Shown here one piece after another: positions 58,452 through 64,000 of a stretch of 64,000 nucleotides of DNA. The DNA comes from Bradymonadales bacterium. GTDB lineage: Bacteria; Bdellovibrionota; UBA2394. Both the position numbers and the translations under genes were made by a program. Below the pieces are notes generated by a model. That model did not search any database. It saw only the letters and a program-made list of their open reading frames with translations, and had not been told where the DNA came from. The DNA is taken from positions 6,255 through 70,254 of the forward strand of contig REDG01000051.1 of NCBI GenBank assembly GCA_007693605.1, in the 5' to 3' direction. How positions within the stretch are numbered: position 1 is the first letter of the stretch; every line of letters begins with the position of its first letter.

Positions 58452-60709
58452 AGTTCTCCCCCTTGACTTGAATTGGCGATCTCTTTGACTCTCTCGCCAT
58501 AGAGTAAGTAATAGATATAGGCCGACTGTAAAACTCGTTTGACATAGTTGCGGGTCTCGGTGAACGGAATCGACTCAACAAAGAGGTCAAGTCGATCGGT
58601 GTTGAGTTCTCGAATCCAGCGGCGCACCGGGCCGATTCCCGCATTGTAAGAGGCGACGACAAGTGCGGTGCGAAACTCGGGCGGAACCTGTAGTCGGTCG
58701 ACCTGTTGAAAAAGCTCTCTAAGGTGATAGGTGCCGTAGCGGATATTTTTCTTTGGGTCGGTGAGGCCCAGCCGTTCAACTCGGCCTTCTCGAAGGCTAC
58801 GAGCGATTTGAGAACCCAAGTTCGGCATCAATTGCATCAGACCCACCGCTCCGGCTGGAGAAATCACATCACTCTGAAATCGACTCTCTTCTCGCATCAC
58901 TCCCCAAATCAAAAAAGGTGAGACTTCAAACTCAGCGGCAGCGGCGAGAATGTCTTCTGCATAGGCCTGTGGATAGAAGAGCCGAGCAATCGGATCTTCA
59001 GGTTGAAGTCCCTTTAGGTTGAAGGGGAAGTTGTTTTGAGCGTATCGAATCAGATCACTCCAATCTCCAAGGCTTTGAAGCCGTCGAGCAACGGCATTTC
59101 TTAGACCCTGATTTTTAGAACCCGTTTGAGTCAAAAAGACCTGTAGTTCGTGCTGAGCCCAAGACGAGAGTTGAGCTGAAACAAAAGCTTCAAGTCGTTT
59201 CCAGCCCGGCTGTTGAAAAGCAGGATCGGCCACTCGATATTTTTGAGGTTCGGGCTCAATCAACTTCGGATTCACAAAGTGAGGCTGATAAACCGAAAAA
59301 CGCATCTTCTCAGGTCTCACCAAGAGGCTATGAAAAGAGGCCTGCCAGTCTGAGAGAAGTTTCTGTCGAGTCCTCTCGGCCTTGGTCTTCTCGTTGGCGA
59401 GGTTCTCGAGTTCTGACTTCCAATAAAGAGCCTGAGCACTCAATCTCTCTCCTTCAGGCAGCCGAGGCAGTCGATCTAGAAGCCGGGTAGCGTGATTGAT
59501 CTCTGCCCGATTCACCCCAACATCTTCCTGAGCGGATTTCAGCCGATTCTTCTGAAAAATCGACCAAGCTTCAAACCAGTGAGAACTCTCTTGGTAGATT
59601 CCGTTCGGAAAGCCCTCACGGAGTTTTTGAAAGTTCTCTCTGGCGGCCTCGAAATTCTGATCGTCTACCGCCATTAAGCCAAGCCGAAAGAGAATCACCT
59701 GTCGGTCTCTGGGGCTCAGTCTCTTTTCCAGAATCTGAGCGTACTCCACTCGAGCGAGATCATATTTTCCCTGTCGAACGAGAGAAAACGCCAGAAGTTG
59801 ATGCCAGTCGAGCCTTAAAGACTCGTCGAGTTCTTCATTCGACAAGGCCGAGCGCGCCAAAGCCTCTGAGCGCTGATAATGTCTTCGAGCGAACTCAAAG
59901 TTTGCCAAAGCCAAATCAATTCGTCGCTGTTCTGGTGCTTCGAGTCGCCGTCTCAACTGAGTAAGTTCTCTCACTCCCTTTTCAAAGAGGGCCGCCCTTC
60001 TTAAGCGATCGGCCCGACTTAAGTGAGTATCAAGGCTCACACTTTCAAGCGCCCCTCGTTGCTGAAGTTCATGAAGGGCGGTATCTGCTCGAGATGAAAT
60101 ATCATTTTCATAGACCTCTCGATAGAGTTGAAGGGCTTCGTAATGATTTTCTAACTCCCATTCAATGCTAGCGAGTTCCAGCTGAGCTTCAGTTTTTCGA
60201 GAGCTGCGGGGAAAGCGAGAGAGAAAGTTTCGAAAGGCAGCCTTGGCCTCAATCCATTTCTTTAGAGCCGCTAAGCTCTGAGCTTTCGCGTATGTCACAT
60301 CCTCTTGAAGTCGAGTTGGAAGGCTGTCTCCGGGCTGGAGTTCGAGGGTCTTCTCATGATCGGATCGAGCGAATGCCGCCAAAACTCTGAGATAAAGATC
60401 GTAGTCGCTAAACAGAGGGTCTTCAATTGGAGGCGCCGCCAAAACTTGATCCCAATTCTGAAGCTCGTAGCGAGCTCTTTGAATCAAGAGTTGAGCAAAG
60501 GGCTCTGAAGGCCAATCGGCCTTGGCAAGAGACTTCCAGTCCCCAGCCCTGGCCTTTTGTGCAAGGCTCTCAGCCGTCGGCAAAGGGCTCGTATCGTCTG
60601 CCCATGTCTCAAGCAGGCGAAAGCTTAATGAGACAAAAATACCCATAATGAAACAGCGGCGCATATTCCCCAGTCCTACACTTCCCATTTTGAGGCAAAT
60701 TTGTCTCAT
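58448..60709 (-). CDS. slt: Soluble lytic transglycosylase with TPR region
   Basis: MREESRF, SPAGAVGLMQLMP, ASYNAG, FVESIPFTETRNYVKRV; start uncertain. Confidence 0.88.
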   Translation of the reverse strand: MRQICLKMGSVGLGNMRRCFIMGIFVSLSFRLLETWADDTSPLPTAESLAQKARAGDWKSLAKADWPSEPFAQLLIQRARYELQNWDQVLAAPPIEDPLFSDYDLYLRVLAAFARSDHEKTLELQPGDSLPTRLQEDVTYAKAQSLAALKKWIEAKAAFRNFLSRFPRSSRKTEAQLELASIEWELENHYEALQLYREVYENDISSRADTALHELQQRGALESVSLDTHLSRADRLRRAALFEKGVRELTQLRRRLEAPEQRRIDLALANFEFARRHYQRSEALARSALSNEELDESLRLDWHQLLAFSLVRQGKYDLARVEYAQILEKRLSPRDRQVILFRLGLMAVDDQNFEAARENFQKLREGFPNGIYQESSHWFEAWSIFQKNRLKSAQEDVGVNRAEINHATRLLDRLPRLPEGERLSAQALYWKSELENLANEKTKAERTRQKLLSDWQASFHSLLVRPEKMRFSVYQPHFVNPKLIEPEPQKYRVADPAFQQPGWKRLEAFVSAQLSSWAQHELQVFLTQTGSKNQGLRNAVARRLQSLGDWSDLIRYAQNNFPFNLKGLQPEDPIARLFYPQAYAEDILAAAAEFEVSPFLIWGVMREESRFQSDVISPAGAVGLMQLMPNLGSQIARSLREGRVERLGLTDPKKNIRYGTYHLRELFQQVDRLQVPPEFRTALVVASYNAGIGPVRRWIRELNTDRLDLFVESIPFTETRNYVKRVLQSAYIYYLLYGERVKEIANSSQGGEL

Positions 60710-60804
60710 CGTCTAGGCCGTAAGTTCTGGACCTTCCTTTTGGGGAGAAAGTCACAGAAAAACCGTGAGTTTTTAGGCTCTTAGGGCTTAACTCTCAGCT
60801 GAAT

Positions 60805-61905
60805 ATGAGCGCTTTGAAGTTTAAGGCGGAGCACCCCATGTTTCAGTACAGGCTGGAGGAGGTTCCTCCAGACTTGACGGAATGGATTTCATCTTTTGAA
60901 AGACTGCTTGTTTTGGGCTTTGGTGGGAGCGTTTTGCCCCTTCGGATCTTTGTCGAGTCGGCGGGCCTGGGGGAGAAAATCATTTGTTGGGATCGTCTGA
61001 GTCGCCCGCCCTTCTTCGCCCAGAAAACTCTCTATTGTGTGGTGAGTAAGTCGGGAGAGACTCTCGAGGTCAAGGCCTTGCTGAGAGATCTTTTGCCAGA
61101 CCTAGGTCCGGACAATCTTCTTTGCGTAACCGATCCTGAGAGAGGAGCCCTACGGGAGTGGCAAACTCAGAACAGCTTTCGGAGCTTGCCCATTCCTCAG
61201 GAGATTGGTGGAAGGTTTACGCACTTCTCAGTTTTTCACCGAGCTCTTTTGGAGTCTCAAGGGATCTCGATGTCTGCTCTTCTAGATCGGGCCAAGAAGA
61301 AGCGAGATGCCTTGATGAAAGATTCTTCTGAGCTGGAAGAGATTGCGGATATTTTTTTTAAGCCCCAAGCCCCGCCCTGCTTTGCACTCTGGGCCTACGG
61401 AGCTGCGCACGAAGCTTTTGCGGCTTGGGCGCAACAGGCTCTGGCTGAGAGTTTAGGCAAGAAAGACTCGGCGGGACGGCGATACGGAAAGCTTCCGTTT
61501 CTGCTGAAGGGGCCACAAGATCAGCATTCGGTTTTGCAGTATTTGGTCGATGGTCCACAGAATCAAGGCTTGTGGCTGATGGCGCCTAAGCCAGAAGTGG
61601 AGCCGCCTTGGGAGTCCTCTTCAAAGATTCCAAAATTTTTGCAGACTCTTTCGGGGCAGTCTCTATCGAAGATCGAGTGGATCTTGGCTGAGAGCACCTA
61701 CCGATCCTTTTTGGAGTCCAACGAGAGTGGCGACACCCATTCCCCCTTATTGCGCTGGAGTTTTTCAAGAAGCCTAGAAGAAATGACAGAGAAGATCGTT
61801 GTGATTCAAGCCTTTGTCGAGGCCATGGGTCAGTCATGGGGAATCGATGCCTTCAATCAGCCGGGAGTGGAGCGGGGTAAAGGGATTGCCCGAAAACTTC
61901 TATAG
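60805..61905 (+). CDS. pgi: Glucose-6-phosphate isomerase (short, divergent)
   Basis: GFGGS, SKSGETLE, IGGRF, QALAESLGK, DQHS, AFNQPGVE.GK. Confidence 0.85.
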   Translation: MSALKFKAEHPMFQYRLEEVPPDLTEWISSFERLLVLGFGGSVLPLRIFVESAGLGEKIICWDRLSRPPFFAQKTLYCVVSKSGETLEVKALLRDLLPDLGPDNLLCVTDPERGALREWQTQNSFRSLPIPQEIGGRFTHFSVFHRALLESQGISMSALLDRAKKKRDALMKDSSELEEIADIFFKPQAPPCFALWAYGAAHEAFAAWAQQALAESLGKKDSAGRRYGKLPFLLKGPQDQHSVLQYLVDGPQNQGLWLMAPKPEVEPPWESSSKIPKFLQTLSGQSLSKIEWILAESTYRSFLESNESGDTHSPLLRWSFSRSLEEMTEKIVVIQAFVEAMGQSWGIDAFNQPGVERGKGIARKLL

Positions 61906-61907
61906 GG

Positions 61908-61933
61908 GGGAGTGGCGCTAAGGGCCCATCTGC
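61908..61933 (+). repeat. Repeat family A, left end
   Basis: GGGAGTGGCGCTAAGGGCCCATCTGC just after the pgi TAG stop. Confidence 0.75.
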
Positions 61934-62068
61934 TCCTGCTTTCTGGTCGACGGAGCCTTGCAGTGTCGGCACCTCTGATTAAGCGTCGCTGCGATGAAGA
62001 AAATTGGCATTTGATCACTTGCCAAAGTCGCTCGGCCCGCTAGTTTCGCATTGAAAGGTGTGTTGAGT

Positions 62069-63517
62069 ATGAACCAGAAGAAAAAAATTACGGTGGCCTA
62101 CGGAGATGGAATCGGGCCAGAAATTATGCAAGCCTCCCTCCGAATCTTGGAGGCGGCGGGTGCTCAATTAGACTATGAGAAAATTGAAATCGGCGAAGCC
62201 GTATACAAGCGGGGCATTTCTGCGGGCATTGAGCCGAGCGCTTGGGAGTCTCTCAGGAATACTCGCTGTTTCTACAAAGCCCCGATTACCACCCCTCAGG
62301 GCGGCGGCTTTAAGAGTTTGAATGTGACCGTCCGCAAGACCCTGGGTCTTTATGCGAATGTTCGACCATGTGTTTCGTATCACCCCTTCGTGAAGACCAA
62401 GCATCCGGTCATGGATGTGGTGATTGTGCGAGAAAACGAAGAAGATCTTTATGCAGGAATTGAGCATCGGCAAACAGAGCAAGTTTATCAGTGCCTGAAG
62501 CTGATCTCGAAACCGGGTTGTGAAAAGATCGTTCGCTATGCCTTTGAGTACGCAAAGGCTTACAACCGCAAGCGAGTGACCTGTTTCACGAAAGACAACA
62601 TTATGAAGCTCACTGACGGTTTGTTTCATAAAACTTTTGACGAAATTGCCAAAGAATATCCCGACATCGAGAATGAACATTGGATCGTGGATATTGGAGC
62701 GGCGAAGTTGGCGGATAGCCCTGAGAATTTTGATGTCATCGTAATGCCCAATTTGTATGGGGACATTCTTTCGGATGTGGCTGCTCAAATCACCGGTTCT
62801 GTCGGTTTGGCGGGTTCTGCCAATATCGGAGAGGGCTTTGCGATGTTCGAAGCGATTCACGGTTCCGCTCCTCGAAGGGCAGGTCAAAATTTGGCGAACC
62901 CCTCAGGACTTCTTCTCGGAGGAATTCAAATGCTCGTGCACTTGGGTCAGGCCGACGCCGCGACTCAGGCGCATAACGCCTGGATGAAAACGATGGAAGA
63001 CGGAATTCACACCTATGATATTTTTCAAGAGGGCACCAGCAAACAGAAAGTAGGGACCAAAGAGTTTGCCGACGCGGTGATCGAACGAATGGGTCAAAAA
63101 CCGGCTCAGTTGAAGGCCGTGAACTATCAAGGATCGAGTGTGCCCGCTTCTACCGCCTACCAGTTTAAGTCGACATCACCGAAGAAAGAACTGGTCGGAG
63201 TGGATGTGTTTTTAGATTGGAAGTCTGGCACTCCAAACGATTTAGGGGCCATGCTCGGAAAAATCCAACATGAAAGCCTAAAGCTTTCTATGATTTCTAA
63301 TCGAGGAGTAAAGGTGTGGCCCGACGGAGCCGCTGAGACCTTTTGCACCGATCATTGGCGCTGTCGATTTGTGGCAAGAGAAGGAAAAAAGCTCGCTCAC
63401 AAAAATGTCATTGAGATTCTGGCAGAAGTAGAGGCTTTGGGACTTGATTTCATCAAAACCGAGCATCTTTGCAATTTCGACGGGGAGCCTGGCTACAGCC
63501 TGGGTCAAGGCCAGTAG
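62069..63517 (+). CDS. icd: NADP-dependent isocitrate dehydrogenase with C-terminal extension
   Basis: GDGIGPEI, KAPITTPQGGGFKSLNV, RENEEDLY, NLYGDILSD, EAIHGSAP, C-terminal SNRG..VWP...DHWRCRF. Confidence 0.95.
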   Translation: MNQKKKITVAYGDGIGPEIMQASLRILEAAGAQLDYEKIEIGEAVYKRGISAGIEPSAWESLRNTRCFYKAPITTPQGGGFKSLNVTVRKTLGLYANVRPCVSYHPFVKTKHPVMDVVIVRENEEDLYAGIEHRQTEQVYQCLKLISKPGCEKIVRYAFEYAKAYNRKRVTCFTKDNIMKLTDGLFHKTFDEIAKEYPDIENEHWIVDIGAAKLADSPENFDVIVMPNLYGDILSDVAAQITGSVGLAGSANIGEGFAMFEAIHGSAPRRAGQNLANPSGLLLGGIQMLVHLGQADAATQAHNAWMKTMEDGIHTYDIFQEGTSKQKVGTKEFADAVIERMGQKPAQLKAVNYQGSSVPASTAYQFKSTSPKKELVGVDVFLDWKSGTPNDLGAMLGKIQHESLKLSMISNRGVKVWPDGAAETFCTDHWRCRFVAREGKKLAHKNVIEILAEVEALGLDFIKTEHLCNFDGEPGYSLGQGQ

Positions 63518-63546
63518 GGCCTCGGGTTGATCTGGCTATTTTGAAA

Positions 63547-63584
63547 CCAGTGGTCCAACCGGGATAGATTGATTCCGTGTTGTG
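63547..63584 (+). repeat. Repeat family B copy
   Basis: CCAGTGGTCCAACCGGGATAGATTGATTCCGTGTTGTG. Confidence 0.6.
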
Positions 63585-63657
63585 TAGCCTAATCGACAGT
63601 GATTCGTCGTGCCGATTTTTTTCAAGTGGTTCATGATCAGAAAGGCATCGGGCCAAG

Positions 63658-63999
63658 TTAGCCGAGCGCCGCCTCGGCTGGTTCAGCATGAGCCGCTTGA
63701 AGCTCAGTCTCGCTGGCAAGCTGCTTGGCCAAAGCTCGGCCCTCTCGGATCGCATAGTTTGTGCCTCTGTCTTCTGGGTAGATCTGAGCCATCGAGCAAA
63801 CATAGAAGCCTTTGAGGGGGCCTTGGGTGGATGGGATGAGACTGCTGTAGCGCTTTTCTACAATGGGCTGAGCCCAGCGGGCCTTCCATAGGTGAAAATC
63901 TTGAATCCAGTCTCTGCTGAACTCCGGGAACATCCGCTGTAGGTGAGGGAGTGTAAACTCCAAGATCTCGTCCTTGGACATTTGATAGAGCTCATCGGT
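63658..63999 (-). CDS. FAD-dependent oxidoreductase (protoporphyrinogen-oxidase-like), C-terminal part; 5' end outside window
   Basis: Frame open to the window edge; AQPIV, QIYPEDRGTNYAIREG. Confidence 0.7.
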   Translation of the reverse strand, partial: TDELYQMSKDEILEFTLPHLQRMFPEFSRDWIQDFHLWKARWAQPIVEKRYSSLIPSTQGPLKGFYVCSMAQIYPEDRGTNYAIREGRALAKQLASETELQAAHAEPAEAALG

Positions 64000-64000
64000 G

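Noticed and set aside
62005-62022. TGGCA...TTGC before icd as a sigma54 promoter
   Set aside because: Spacing is GG-N13-GC, not the required N10
62168-62887. 239-aa antisense ORF in icd (also 219 aa antisense in mreB)
   Set aside because: Antisense shadows of conserved genes with no recognisable motifs

Overview
Chromosomal window of about 50% GC. Gene content (Glt/Agl-type gliding genes, FHA-sigma54 activator, DUF4388-like J-protein, TIGR03545/03546 pair, CpaF) suggests a deltaproteobacterial-type, probably predatory lineage (Bdellovibrionota/Myxococcota-like); this is an inference. Most of the window is housekeeping: ppiD (partial), mreBCD-mrdA-rodA, hppA, cyclophilin, trxA, hemX-hemA-hemC-hemD, queF/queG, rlmD-like, gpsA, fabI, panD, CCA enzyme, a thiolase-hbd-crt-acyl-CoA dehydrogenase operon, yicC-gmk-rpoZ-spoT, slt, pgi and icd. 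Standout items: (1) a 516-aa protein with a Sec signal peptide fused to a collinear but degenerate sigma70-like body, a candidate secreted RNA-polymerase-targeting effector, next to an orphan CpaF ATPase and a Glt-like envelope cluster, with sigma54-type promoters in front of both it and the Glt cluster; (2) an RsmB/NOL1 homologue with both catalytic Cys changed to Ser and a histone-H1-like tail; (3) an XRE-HTH/DUF6036 nucleotidyltransferase pair with a perfect 22-bp operator palindrome; (4) two families of dispersed MITE/IS-end-like repeats; (5) an unlisted 50-aa highly basic ORF; (6) many apparently leaderless genes. No rRNA, tRNA, CRISPR array or intact transposase was recognised. All family calls come from motif recognition by eye, not database searches.
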